Positions 37,999 through 48,630 are shown, counted from the stretch's first letter. The stretch is 64,000 nucleotides of DNA from Pseudomonadota bacterium (GCA_041178425.1 JBEGVH010000014.1:103234-167233); one strand, 5' to 3'. The notes: generated by a model not told the origin, from the sequence alone. Program-made: numbers and translations.

Positions 37999-40077
37999 CT
38001 AACTCCTCGGTTGATCATTTTTTAATTTTAAATTTTCGTCTAATTCACGATAGGCCTGAGCCAAACCCTTGTTGACTTCCACAACGTCTTCATTGAAGTG
38101 CTGGTGCACAGGACTCACACGGGCCAGGTTTTTGGCCTTTTCTTGAGTATCAATGATGGCTCCGTGAGGAACATATCGACCATCTGGCACTTCCACACCT
38201 ACCACAACAGCACCAATACCAATGTAACAGCCCTGCCCAACGATCGAGTCGTGAACGACAGCTTTAAATCCTACAAAAGTTTCGTTACCAATGAAACAAG
38301 GCCCATGAACTAACGCTTGGTGAGCCAGCGAAACATGCGAACCAATGTAAACGGCCCACTCCTCGTTGTGCACCCGCACCCATTTTTGCTTGAGAGCATG
38401 AATAACAACACCATCTTGAACGTTTGTATTATCGCCGATATAGAATGGCGTTCCCTCATCGGCCCTCACAGAGGCTTCAGCCGCGATGTGAACATTTTTT
38501 CCGAGTACGACTCTCCCAATTAAGGATGCGTTCGGATGCACATAGGCTGTCTGTGAAACGCTGGCTTGCTGCTTTAGATGATGAAGCCAACGCTCTCCTC
38601 GCTCAAGAACAGAATACACCACTCCTGACTGAAGCGACTCCTTAGGTTTTGCTGACGTCAAATCGGTTTTCTTTGGTTTTCCGGTGATTCCTTCGTCTTT
38701 CTTTTCAAAGGTACCAATCCAGGCCAGCACTAAGCCAAGGGCAAGACCAGACACAATTCGATCAGTCACTGTTCCAATGGCCGCCGCAAGAAAGGCTAAT
38801 GCGAGTAATTTATTTTGTTTTACCAAATGAATAAACTCAGAAAACTCAATCAACCTGAACCCAATAATACAGAGGAGTCCGGCGAGGGATGCTATTGGAA
38901 TTTTCGAAAGCATCGCACCAAGAAATAAGGCTGAACAAAGTAAGATAACGGCATGAAGCAAACTGGCTAACCTGTTCTTAGCGCCACTTTGAACGTTTAC
39001 AGAAGATCGTACAACCACTCCTGATACTGGCATGCCACCAAACAAACCCGTGACAACATTGGCAAACCCCTGCCCCAGGATTTCAAGATTTGAATGGTGT
39101 TTATCACCACTCATTCTATCGATGGCCTGAGCAGAAAGAACACTTTCTGCTGCGGCTAATAGTCCTAAAGGAAGAGCTAACTGAAGAAGCTGCAACCAAC
39201 TTTCTGGTGCCATGATTGGAAAGCTCCAGGCTAAGTCGACCGGTGGAATTTCGCCCACTAAATGAATGGGCCAATCAAGAAAACTGGCAAGCTCAGTGGT
39301 TACTGCGATCGCCACTAAGGCGGCTGGGAAACGAGGAATCGAGCGGAACGATAATATAAAAAACAGAACAAAGAGTCCGCAAACAACAGCGGGCCAAGAA
39401 GCATCATGCAGCCATACAGGATGACCGAGATCAAGAATCATCTGATCGAGAGCCCACTCAATGCCAAAAAGCTTAGGCACCTGACCATCTAATAATTTAA
39501 CTCCCACTCCGGTCGTGAAACCCAATAACACAGCCTCAGGAACAAACTTCATCAAATTGCCCGCAGCCCCTATCGAGAGGAGAATTTGGATGAGCCCCAC
39601 TAATAGTGCTGCCGCCGCTGCACCCGCCGCACCAAATTGTTGTACAATCGCAAAAACCATGGCGCTGAGAGCGGCAGCAGGTCCAGTTGCTTGAAAGCGG
39701 CTACCACCAAGAATGGCCGCGATTCCTCCACCAATAGCACCGGCTACCAATCCTGTCGAAGCTGGCAAACCAGCGGCTATCGCTAGAGCTAGATTCAGCG
39801 GCAATGCAACAGCCGCAACCGTTATTCCTGCAGTGAGGTTCGGACCAAACTGGGTGTCTTCTATCAAGGTCTTCCAGTCATTCACCAAAAAGCGAAGAGA
39901 GTCTTTTAAAGGATGCAAGAAACCACGACCTAAAGTTAAGGCTTCATAATCCCCGCTCAGAGCTCCCAAGCGACTAAGGCGCACAAACCCGTCAGCCTTG
40001 GATCGCTTGGGTTCTTCTAGAGTTTCTTTATATTTTTTTTGAGTTCTTGATAAACCTTCCGACAAATCAACCTCCAT
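37999..40077 (-). CDS. SulP/SLC26 anion (bicarbonate) transporter fused to a gamma-class carbonic anhydrase; no STAS domain
   Basis: AGITVAAVALPLNLALAIAAG, GGSRFQATGP, GFTTGVG, GQGFAN..GGMPVSGVVVRSSVNVQSGA; C-terminal hexapeptide repeats with RADEG, NVQDGVVIHAL, LAHQALVHGP, VVEVNKGLAQAY. Confidence 0.92.
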   Translation of the reverse strand: MEVDLSEGLSRTQKKYKETLEEPKRSKADGFVRLSRLGALSGDYEALTLGRGFLHPLKDSLRFLVNDWKTLIEDTQFGPNLTAGITVAAVALPLNLALAIAAGLPASTGLVAGAIGGGIAAILGGSRFQATGPAAALSAMVFAIVQQFGAAGAAAAALLVGLIQILLSIGAAGNLMKFVPEAVLLGFTTGVGVKLLDGQVPKLFGIEWALDQMILDLGHPVWLHDASWPAVVCGLFVLFFILSFRSIPRFPAALVAIAVTTELASFLDWPIHLVGEIPPVDLAWSFPIMAPESWLQLLQLALPLGLLAAAESVLSAQAIDRMSGDKHHSNLEILGQGFANVVTGLFGGMPVSGVVVRSSVNVQSGAKNRLASLLHAVILLCSALFLGAMLSKIPIASLAGLLCIIGFRLIEFSEFIHLVKQNKLLALAFLAAAIGTVTDRIVSGLALGLVLAWIGTFEKKDEGITGKPKKTDLTSAKPKESLQSGVVYSVLERGERWLHHLKQQASVSQTAYVHPNASLIGRVVLGKNVHIAAEASVRADEGTPFYIGDNTNVQDGVVIHALKQKWVRVHNEEWAVYIGSHVSLAHQALVHGPCFIGNETFVGFKAVVHDSIVGQGCYIGIGAVVVGVEVPDGRYVPHGAIIDTQEKAKNLARVSPVHQHFNEDVVEVNKGLAQAYRELDENLKLKNDQPRS

Positions 40078-40158
40078 GGGATGAAATAGAATTGCAAATC
40101 AAATTAAGAGATCATTAAGATGTGCAAGTCAAAAAATATTGGACTTACAAAAAAAACT

Positions 40159-40503
40159 TTAGCCGATCGATAAGAAAACTTTAGGAGGAGGAACTAGGGG
40201 CTCGGTGGCATGCGATATAAAAAGGTGTGCTAGGTCATTCGCATTAAAAACAACATGGTTTTGAAACCAAATGAGATGATTACAAAACACATTAGACTCA
40301 TCGTTGTGGCTGATAAAATTCTCAGTTTCTTCTAAATTGGATTCTTTTGACTCGGAGGATTCTACCCAATCTTCCGCCGTTTCGACAAGAAAAACATCAC
40401 TGCTAAGGGGATCAAAAAAAGAGCGATTTAGAGCTCCGCAAAACACTTGAAGAACTATCAAAAAGCAAAGGCATAACCGATTAAAATTTGAGATGGTTCC
40501 CAT
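40159..40503 (-). CDS. Short membrane-anchored hypothetical protein (TM, acidic linker, C-terminal PPP)
   Basis: LCLCFLIVLQVFCGAL hydrophobic segment; EDWVESSESKESNLEETE; ends HATEPLVPPPKVFLSIG; start uncertain (40503 or 40539). Confidence 0.55.
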   Translation of the reverse strand: MGTISNFNRLCLCFLIVLQVFCGALNRSFFDPLSSDVFLVETAEDWVESSESKESNLEETENFISHNDESNVFCNHLIWFQNHVVFNANDLAHLFISHATEPLVPPPKVFLSIG

Positions 40504-40630
40504 TCCGAGGACCCTAGCATGATCAAAAAACCAAGGCAATACCCATCCTACCCCATTAGACTTATTAACTAGACCTTGGGAGGGAGCCTCTCAAATTGTG
40601 CGAGGATTCTAATCAAAAAGAGGTAAGAAT

Positions 40631-42259
40631 ATGTCTATGAAGCCTTTTGTGATTCTCACAATTCCTATTTTTATGCCATTTTTAACTATCGACGTTTTAT
40701 TTGGTTCAACCAAAAACGTAAACTGTACGATCGAGGGCCTTACCAAATCGTGCGCTATTCTTGATGATGAAAAAGCAAATGGATTAACCGAATTTCCCGA
40801 CGGCTCTTTTTATGTTAATCCAAGAGAACTCGAAGCCGTCGAGTCTTTTAGTGATCCCAAAAAGCCCGAGGCCCTTGCCAGAAAAAAAGAGATTTTGGAA
40901 CAATGGCATTCCTACATCTATGATTACGATCTCAAAAAATGGAACACCGGCTTTATCGACAGCATCCTCGATGAAAAATTTTTGTTTCAAATGGGAGAAA
41001 ATCCAGCCCCCAAATCTATTTCCGTATGTTGGCCTCCAGATAAATCTGAAAAGAGTTGCTCCATTAGAGAGATCCCCACCTCAATGTTACAAAAAATCTT
41101 AAAATCAAAACCTGATCCTCAACACCGATTTGATTTTGAAACTGTTGGTTTTTACCATGGAAGATCCCTGCAAAATATCGGAGCCTCGCAAGAGGCTGTT
41201 TTAACAAAGATTATCGAGAAACAACAATCAGCCCGCCAATCAAAAAAACAGCTGGTCGACCAAATCAGCGAAAAAGTCCGTAAGAACTTAATAGCCACCA
41301 TCAAGGCTGACCGACTCGACTCCAACCTCTCTGATTCCGAAAAAATACTCATTAAAAAAATTGAGACAATTTCAATTAATCATGGTGATAATCCCGATGT
41401 CTCGATCCACCAGGCCTGCCAAGGCCTTTCGCCTAATGCCTTTTACGAACCCACTACCCACTCGATAAACCTTTGCGATAACATGTATGGGATGTCAGAA
41501 GCAAACCTGGCTCTCACCCTTGCTCATGAAATGAGTCACGCCATCGACCCCTGTAACTTTCGCAATACGCTCTGGATTAAAAAAACCGATCAGACTGTGC
41601 GCTTCGCAAATACACCGATGCGCATGAGCGAACTCTTTCAACCGTTTACAACAATGACGCCAATCAATGAAGAAGATTCCTTGGAGAGTTATCCCTTCAA
41701 AGCGGTCTATCAATGTTTACAAGAAAACTATAACCTAGAGGCAACCAATACAACGAGTGAGGAGCGCAATACAGAAACACTAAACAGGCAAGATCGCTTG
41801 ATAAAAAAGGTCGGCAGAATGTCGAATGTTGAAGTCTCACCTATGGTTATTGGCTTTAGTCGGCATAATGCAAAAAATGACTGCACCAATTTCTCCAATA
41901 TGAATGAGGCCCTCGCTGATTGGCTCGCAGGTGAAACCGTGGGTTCGATGATTCAAAAGGGAGATATAAAATCAACATCCATCACTTCTAGCCCTCTGCT
42001 ACCCACACTCATGGGCTGTTGGCAAAAAGAAGACGCCACAAAAGAAAATAACCAGCAAGCTGTGCTCCTCGCACTCGACGCCCACCCGATTGCAAGAGAT
42101 CGCGAAGATATTCTAATGCAAAACCCAACCATCAGAAAAACGCTCAGATGCCTTTCGAACCCTAAGCAGAGTGCCCAACGTTGTCTTTGGAAAGATAAGT
42201 CCCAGTCAGCTTCTGAATCGAACCAAACACCAATGGCCCCCGAGGAACACATACGATGA
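40631..42259 (+). CDS. Secreted putative gluzincin-type Zn metallopeptidase
   Basis: NAFY strand, LAHEMSHAID (HExxH), downstream EALADW, HP; N-terminal hydrophobic segment. Confidence 0.7.
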   Translation: MSMKPFVILTIPIFMPFLTIDVLFGSTKNVNCTIEGLTKSCAILDDEKANGLTEFPDGSFYVNPRELEAVESFSDPKKPEALARKKEILEQWHSYIYDYDLKKWNTGFIDSILDEKFLFQMGENPAPKSISVCWPPDKSEKSCSIREIPTSMLQKILKSKPDPQHRFDFETVGFYHGRSLQNIGASQEAVLTKIIEKQQSARQSKKQLVDQISEKVRKNLIATIKADRLDSNLSDSEKILIKKIETISINHGDNPDVSIHQACQGLSPNAFYEPTTHSINLCDNMYGMSEANLALTLAHEMSHAIDPCNFRNTLWIKKTDQTVRFANTPMRMSELFQPFTTMTPINEEDSLESYPFKAVYQCLQENYNLEATNTTSEERNTETLNRQDRLIKKVGRMSNVEVSPMVIGFSRHNAKNDCTNFSNMNEALADWLAGETVGSMIQKGDIKSTSITSSPLLPTLMGCWQKEDATKENNQQAVLLALDAHPIARDREDILMQNPTIRKTLRCLSNPKQSAQRCLWKDKSQSASESNQTPMAPEEHIR

Positions 42260-42705
42260 TATTCGGCCTTAAAGTTTTATTAACCTATTCGGTAATTTTT
42301 GCCTTCCCCAATCAGGAAAAGCTCGATCACTATTTAAAGGTTCAAATCGAATCTCGAACAAAAGAAAGTTTTGTTCTCAAACAAACCACCTCTGGAAGTG
42401 TCTCTAAACGAACAATCACTCACCTCATTGACAATAAATCGATTTCGGAGGTAGAGGTGCCAACCCAATTTTTTACGACAATGCTTAAAGAAGGTAAGAA
42501 TTTCGCAAATCTTTTACCGCCTCAAGGTGATTGTGGTCATGGGGGAATCTCGTTGATTGAGATAAAATCCCTTTCTGAACGTAACCTCAAGGCCTCGAAG
42601 AAAACTTTTTGCTCCCCACTCAAGAACAAACAAAAAGAATGGAAACTAATGCAGAACTGGTTCTCAACTCTCTCAAGTTACGCGAGAGGCCAAGTACGCC
42701 GTTAA
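42256..42705 (+). CDS. Small basic exported hypothetical protein
   Basis: ATGA overlap with the upstream peptidase gene; signal-like N-terminus; one Cys pair. Confidence 0.6.
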   Translation: MIFGLKVLLTYSVIFAFPNQEKLDHYLKVQIESRTKESFVLKQTTSGSVSKRTITHLIDNKSISEVEVPTQFFTTMLKEGKNFANLLPPQGDCGHGGISLIEIKSLSERNLKASKKTFCSPLKNKQKEWKLMQNWFSTLSSYARGQVRR

Positions 42706-42775
42706 AACGAGGGGCCTAGGTTTGACCCCAGGTTAACTAACTTTACTCCATGAAGCACTCGTAAATATGATGTGT

Positions 42776-45700
42776 TTACAACTCTTGCATTGCTTGTAGG
42801 CTATGCACCTCAAAAGCCTTTTCTCTTGTTTTCTTCAAAGCGATGAGAAAAGCCTCGGCGGCATCACTTTCAGTTAAACAAGGAATGCTGTAGTCGATAC
42901 AAGCACGACGAATGTTAAAACTAGCTTCGATCGAACGACGTCCAGAGGTGGTATTGATCACTAAGCTCACTCCTCCCGAACGAATCTTATCGACGCAATG
43001 AGGTCGGCCCTCGTGAACCTTTTTGTATTCAGCACATTGAAGTCCCTGCTCTTGAAAGAAATGAGCAGTACCCTTGGTCGCAGACAAAGTATAACCCATC
43101 TCTACAAGATCACGAGCAATGAGGAGCATTTCAGTTTTGTCTTTTTCTCTGAGCGAGAAGAAAACCTCACCCTTTTCTGGAAACCGCATGTGGGAAGAGA
43201 GCATGCCCTTCATTAGAGCTTCGCCATAATCGGCCCCTCTTCCCATACTCTCACCCGTGGACTTCATTTCAGGTCCGAGAATAGAATCCGCCTCAGGGAA
43301 CTTTTTAAACGGAAAAACAACACCCTTAACACAAACTCCAGGGCGAGAGCGCCATACAAAGCGCTCTGGCTTAACCTTTTCTTTACCATCTCCAAGCATC
43401 GCCGCCACACCCAAATCGATGAGTGGAATGCCCGTGGCTTTCACAACAAAAGGCACCGAACGCGAACTACGAGGATTAGCCTCTAGCATGTATACTTGGT
43501 CTTGTTTAATTGCTAATTGCAGATTCAGGTGACCAATCACACCAATGCGATCGGCTAATTGCTGACTCATCACTTCCACTTTGTCGCTTGTTTCTCGGCG
43601 AAGTCGTTGCGGAGGAATAACACCCTGACTATCACCCGAATGAACACCAGCCGCTTCAATATGTTCAACGACGCCACCAACGACCACCCAGTCTTTTCCG
43701 CGCACCAGATCAACATCAACCTCAAGCGCTCCGGCCAAGAATTGATCAATCAAACAGGGGCGATCAGTAGAAATCGCTTCTTGATGACGTTCAAAATAAC
43801 TAACAAGTTCTTCTGCATTTTCTACGACTTCCATGCGTCGCCCACCTAGTACATAACTCGGACGACAAATGACTGGAAACCCAATACGCTCAACGATTCC
43901 CTGAGCCCCTTGTAAATCATGGGCCATGCCCGACTCAGGAATTTTAAAATTCAATTCTCGACATATTTTATTGAATCGTCCGCGGTCTTCTGCCAGGTCG
44001 ATCGTCTCAAGATCAGATCCCATCAATTTAAATCCACGCTTCACAAGCCCTGGAGCAACGTTAATGGGGGTTTGACCACCCAATTGAACCACAACAGAAT
44101 CAACTTTTGCCGCATACAAAATCTCACTCACGTGTTCTTCGGTGAGCGGTTCAAAAAATAGATAATCCGCAGTATCATAATCGGTCGAAACAGTTTCTGG
44201 ATTGGAATTGATCATACAAACTTGCCAACCCTTTTTCTGATATCCCTTCACTCCACGCACACAACTGTAATCGAACTCGATCCCCTGACCAATACGATTA
44301 GGCCCACTCCCTAAGATCGCAACACGCTTTTCTGCACGAGGTAACTCAACCGGCTTTGACCAGTACGTCGAGTAATAATAAGGAGTCGATGAAGCAAATT
44401 CACCAGCGCAGGTATCAACCTGCTGGTAACTCGGTAGGACTTTCTCTTGGTGACGCATTTCGCGCACTTCAATTTCTGTTTTCTTTGTCAGTCGAGCGAT
44501 CAAGGCATCGGAGAATCCCCGTTTTTTAGCCTGCAATAGAAGATCCGCCGTCAATGAAGAGGCTTTGAGCGTGCCTTCGAAGTCAACTAGCCCCTTCACT
44601 TGCTCTAAAAACCACGGTGTGATCAGTGTTAGTTCTTGAAGGCTCTCAATTGTCCATCCATCACGAAAGGCTTGATAAATATGAAATAAACGCTGGCTAT
44701 TTGGATATGAAATCTTATCCACTTCGACAGTGATCTCTGGAAAACCCTCTCGATGTTTTTCAAGAGAGAGCACAGCCTTCATCAACGACTCTTGAAACGT
44801 TCTACCAATGCCCATTACTTCGCCCACGCTCTTCATTTGAGTGGACAACAAATCACGAGCACCAACAAATTTTTCAAAGGCAAAGCGAGGAATTTTTGTA
44901 ACTATATAATCAAGTGCTGGTTCATAGCAGGAAGGCGTAGTCTTAGTGATATCGTTCTGAATTTCTTCAAGACGATAACCAATCGCCAACAAAGCGGCAA
45001 TCTTTGCAATCGGAAAACCCGTGGCTTTAGATGCCAGAGCTGAAGATCGACTCACTCGGGGATTCATTTCAATAACTACACGCTCACCCGTTTTTGGATG
45101 AACTGCAAATTGAATATTAGCACCACCCGTCTGCAATCCTACTTCGTTGATAATTTTGCCGGCCTCATCACGCATCGCTTGATATTCGCGATCAGACAAA
45201 GTCTGTTGAGGAGCGATGGTGATACTATCGCCGGTGTGAACTCCACAGGGGTCGAAATTTTCAATGGTACAAATAATTACGAAGGTACCCGCGGCATCTC
45301 GCATCACCTCAAGTTCGTACTCTTTCCAGCCAAGAATACTCTCTTCAACGAGAACTTCAGTGGTTGGGCTTTCATGAAGTGCCTGCACTAACATACTTTG
45401 ATACTCTTCGGGAGAATAGGCAATTCCTCCGCCCCCTCCACCCAGAGTGTAATTGGGGCGAAGGATCAACGGATAACCTAATTCATCTCCCACTTGAGTT
45501 CCTTGTTCGAACGTGCGAACCAAATGACTCTTTGGGTATTTGGCTCCCACTTTATCGAGAATATCCCGAAAAAGTTCACGGTCTTCAGCGGCCTCAATCA
45601 CCTTTGGATCGGCGCCAAGCAGTTGAACATTATACTTTTGCAGCACCCCTTCTTTATGAAGGGCGAGAGCAAGATTAAGGGCCGTTTGACCACCTAGAGT

Positions 45701-45964
45701 CGGAATCACCGCCTGTGGTCTTTCTTTTTCAATAATTTTCTCAATGAACGGCACCTGGAGTGGTTCAATGTAAACGCTCGTCGCAATCTCGGGATCAGTC
45801 ATGATCGTAGCAGGGTTACTATTAACAAGTACAACTTCGAGACCCTCTTTCATCAGTGCCTTACAAGCTTGGGTACCGGAATAATCAAATTCACAAGCCT
45901 GCCCAATAACGATCGGGCCACTTCCTAAGATCAAAACCTTCTTAATTTCTTGGCGACGTGGCAC
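42776..45964 (-). CDS. carB: Carbamoyl-phosphate synthase large subunit
   Basis: [51 protein letters not shown] domain; GTG start at 45964 after GGGGG (ORF track starts at 46003). Confidence 0.98.
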   Translation of the reverse strand: MPRRQEIKKVLILGSGPIVIGQACEFDYSGTQACKALMKEGLEVVLVNSNPATIMTDPEIATSVYIEPLQVPFIEKIIEKERPQAVIPTLGGQTALNLALALHKEGVLQKYNVQLLGADPKVIEAAEDRELFRDILDKVGAKYPKSHLVRTFEQGTQVGDELGYPLILRPNYTLGGGGGGIAYSPEEYQSMLVQALHESPTTEVLVEESILGWKEYELEVMRDAAGTFVIICTIENFDPCGVHTGDSITIAPQQTLSDREYQAMRDEAGKIINEVGLQTGGANIQFAVHPKTGERVVIEMNPRVSRSSALASKATGFPIAKIAALLAIGYRLEEIQNDITKTTPSCYEPALDYIVTKIPRFAFEKFVGARDLLSTQMKSVGEVMGIGRTFQESLMKAVLSLEKHREGFPEITVEVDKISYPNSQRLFHIYQAFRDGWTIESLQELTLITPWFLEQVKGLVDFEGTLKASSLTADLLLQAKKRGFSDALIARLTKKTEIEVREMRHQEKVLPSYQQVDTCAGEFASSTPYYYSTYWSKPVELPRAEKRVAILGSGPNRIGQGIEFDYSCVRGVKGYQKKGWQVCMINSNPETVSTDYDTADYLFFEPLTEEHVSEILYAAKVDSVVVQLGGQTPINVAPGLVKRGFKLMGSDLETIDLAEDRGRFNKICRELNFKIPESGMAHDLQGAQGIVERIGFPVICRPSYVLGGRRMEVVENAEELVSYFERHQEAISTDRPCLIDQFLAGALEVDVDLVRGKDWVVVGGVVEHIEAAGVHSGDSQGVIPPQRLRRETSDKVEVMSQQLADRIGVIGHLNLQLAIKQDQVYMLEANPRSSRSVPFVVKATGIPLIDLGVAAMLGDGKEKVKPERFVWRSRPGVCVKGVVFPFKKFPEADSILGPEMKSTGESMGRGADYGEALMKGMLSSHMRFPEKGEVFFSLREKDKTEMLLIARDLVEMGYTLSATKGTAHFFQEQGLQCAEYKKVHEGRPHCVDKIRSGGVSLVINTTSGRRSIEASFNIRRACIDYSIPCLTESDAAEAFLIALKKTREKAFEVHSLQAMQEL

Positions 45965-45974
45965 CGCTTCCCCC

Positions 45975-46613
45975 TTATGCTTCTTGACAGTAAATTTGAT
46001 CAACCGTTACGTGACGATATTGCTCGTACTTGTAGCGCATTTTGGTCATGCGCAAGAGAAGTTCTTCAAGATTGAGATCTGGATTTTTTCTGTAGCGTTT
46101 TGCTTCTTTAAGAATAAACTTGCTGGCCTCTGGCGGGTGAAAACAAAATCCCCGGGTAAAAATATAGCTATCACCAATAGGAATCAATCGAACCTGGAAG
46201 ATTTCTTCGGTCGCAAACCCTGCGATAAAAGGAGATTCTTTAACCGTAATTTTTTTATCGGCAACGAGATCTTTGATGATCAAATTACCATCTTTTGTTT
46301 TGATATACTCAAAAAGGCTATTTCGGTAGCGCTTCATAATATTGAGCATTTCTACCTCTGCAGGTGTGTACTTTAATTCTCTTGGCAGAAGAGCACCCTC
46401 TAAGGGAGTGCATTCATAACCACGAATTTTTCTAGTGAAAAAGTACCAATCAAAAAACTGCGCCATTCTCAATTCGAAATGCGAAGAGCCTTCATCAAAT
46501 ACGCTAGAGCTATCAAAGAAGACTCTCTTTGCAATTCTAACTTCATCTTGAAATTGTTCTCCGGCAAAAAACTGGAGAACTTTATCCATTAAATTATTAT
46601 ATTCAGTAATCAT
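45975..46613 (-). CDS. Hypothetical cytoplasmic protein between carA and carB
   Basis: 212-aa ORF, ATGA overlap with the carA stop; FFDWYFF and FCFHP motifs. Confidence 0.8.
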   Translation of the reverse strand: MITEYNNLMDKVLQFFAGEQFQDEVRIAKRVFFDSSSVFDEGSSHFELRMAQFFDWYFFTRKIRGYECTPLEGALLPRELKYTPAEVEMLNIMKRYRNSLFEYIKTKDGNLIIKDLVADKKITVKESPFIAGFATEEIFQVRLIPIGDSYIFTRGFCFHPPEASKFILKEAKRYRKNPDLNLEELLLRMTKMRYKYEQYRHVTVDQIYCQEA

Positions 46614-47674
46614 AGCTGCTCCACAAAATATCTAAAAAGGTCATGGGCATCGTGAGGACCAGGATGGCTTTCTGGATGGTATTGAATTCCCATACACCGC
46701 TTTTCCTTGCTAAACACTCCAGACACCGTCTGATCGTTCAAATTAACATGGGAAACTCTAACATATGAAGGTAAAGTCGCCGAATCCACAGCATAACCAT
46801 GATTTTGGCTCGTCACGTAAATACGATTCAACAAATCATCTTTAATGGGATGGTTGCTGCCGCGGTGACCAAACTTGAGTTTATAGGTTTTCGCCCCCAG
46901 AGCGAGCCCCAAAATTTGGTGCCCCATGCAAATTCCCATCATTGGCTTCCAACCTATCATCTGTCGTACCGTTTCAACAGCCACCTGAACATCGGCGGGA
47001 TCGCCAGGACCATTCGAAAGCATAACTCGATCTGGATTCCATTCTTTGATTTTTTCAAAAGTCGTTCTACTTGGAAAAACCCCAATTTCAGAAGCCATTG
47101 GTAAAAGCTCTCTGATGATGTTTTCTTTACATCCAAAATCCAGCAAAGCAATCCGTGGTCCAGCAGGTTTTTCTCCCCGTCGCGACTGAAACTCCTTCGA
47201 AGATGCTGCAAAAACCCAGTCTTTGTCTTTTGATTTTTCTTTTGCAATCAGGGGCATTGCCAAGTCGATGGCTTCAGCCTCGCTATTGGCATGCACAAGG
47301 GCACCCCAAGGGGTTCCACCTTGTCGCAACCGTAAGACCAATGAACGAGTATCTAAATCCGAAAGAATTGGAATTTTAAACTCGCGAAGTCTCTCGAGCC
47401 ACGCTTGATCACGATTACTCGATTGCATTTGCACACAAACGAATCCTTGAATCCAAAGTTTATTCGACTCCCAAACATCGCGATCAACACCATAATTTCC
47501 CATCATTGGTGCTGTCATTACAACGATCTGGGTGTAGTAACTCGGATCAGTCGCGATCTCTTCGTAACCTGAATGAGAAGTGTTAAAAACCACTTCTCCT
47601 GCGCGGGGCTCACCGCCGTGCCATTGACCACGATAGATCTCACCGGTTTCTAAAACACAAAAGCCCTGCTTCAT
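46610..47674 (-). CDS. carA: Carbamoyl-phosphate synthase small subunit
   Basis: GEVVFNT, TDPSY, LSNGPGDP, GICMGHQ, FGHRGSNHP, QYHPE. Confidence 0.98.
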   Translation of the reverse strand: MKQGFCVLETGEIYRGQWHGGEPRAGEVVFNTSHSGYEEIATDPSYYTQIVVMTAPMMGNYGVDRDVWESNKLWIQGFVCVQMQSSNRDQAWLERLREFKIPILSDLDTRSLVLRLRQGGTPWGALVHANSEAEAIDLAMPLIAKEKSKDKDWVFAASSKEFQSRRGEKPAGPRIALLDFGCKENIIRELLPMASEIGVFPSRTTFEKIKEWNPDRVMLSNGPGDPADVQVAVETVRQMIGWKPMMGICMGHQILGLALGAKTYKLKFGHRGSNHPIKDDLLNRIYVTSQNHGYAVDSATLPSYVRVSHVNLNDQTVSGVFSKEKRCMGIQYHPESHPGPHDAHDLFRYFVEQL

Positions 47675-47676
47675 AG

Positions 47677-48576
47677 TTACACCAAAAGCCTTTTTAATAA
47701 AGCGGTCCGAACGTACAAACCGCAGTTAACCTGATCAAAAATCCGACATCGAGAATCCTGAAACACGTCATCAGCAAGTTCAACACCGCGATTAACGGGG
47801 CCAGGATGCATAATTAAAGCGTTTGGATTTAATGTCTTTAAACTTGTCTTATTTAAACCAAAATGAGCGTGATAGTCTTGAGCATCAAGTTCAACCCCTG
47901 AACCGTGCCGTTCAGTTTGCAATCGCAAAGCCATCACAACATCACACCACTCGAGACCCTCTTTCAAACTGTCAAACCACTGAAGCCCTGGAACCGGGTT
48001 CTTGGGTTTAAAAATCGCAGGTCCACAGGCTGCAACTTGCACACCCATTTTTGAAAACACCTCAAAGTGAGAAGAAGCCACGCGGCTATGTAAAATATCT
48101 CCCACAATGAGCATCTTAGATCCGCGCAACTCTCTTTCGCGCCAGAGAGTATAAAGATCAAGGAGCGCCTGTGAAGGATGCGCTTTTGCTCCCCACCCAG
48201 CATTCACGATCAACGGCTTAATTTCGCTATCAATTTTCTCTAGATCCAGACTTCCATTGCAACGGATAATCATTAGCTTAGGATCCATGGCCGCAATGTT
48301 GTAAATAGTGTCTTCCGGCGTCTCACCCTTTGTTAAGCTAGAACCAGAATTAGCATCAAGAAGGACCGGCCCCAAACCCACTCTCCAGCAGGCAGATTCA
48401 AAACTCATTCGCGTTCGAGTGGAGTTCTCAAAGAATAAGAGCGCAGCGGTCCCTTGAAACTTCCAATCTACTTCTTTTTGTTGCCGTAATTGATCAGCGG
48501 CTTGAAATAGGGAGATCAGGTCTTCCCGCTCGAAATGACGAAAATCGAGGAAGCTATTTTTTTTGGAATTCATCAA
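47677..48576 (-). CDS. pyrB: Aspartate carbamoyltransferase catalytic subunit
   Basis: FFENSTRTRMSFE, KGE, HPSQALLD, GDILHSRV, RLQTER, MHPGPVNRG. Confidence 0.97.
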   Translation of the reverse strand: MMNSKKNSFLDFRHFEREDLISLFQAADQLRQQKEVDWKFQGTAALLFFENSTRTRMSFESACWRVGLGPVLLDANSGSSLTKGETPEDTIYNIAAMDPKLMIIRCNGSLDLEKIDSEIKPLIVNAGWGAKAHPSQALLDLYTLWRERELRGSKMLIVGDILHSRVASSHFEVFSKMGVQVAACGPAIFKPKNPVPGLQWFDSLKEGLEWCDVVMALRLQTERHGSGVELDAQDYHAHFGLNKTSLKTLNPNALIMHPGPVNRGVELADDVFQDSRCRIFDQVNCGLYVRTALLKRLLV

Positions 48577-48630
48577 GAAACAACCCTACGAATCCCACCA
48601 TGGGAAGTCAATCGCGAGTTCGTTTTTCTC

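Noticed and set aside
40540..42775. Peptidase cassette as a mobile element
   Set aside because: No transposase or integrase and no convincing terminal or direct repeats; only a 7-nt TTAACTA match, expected by chance
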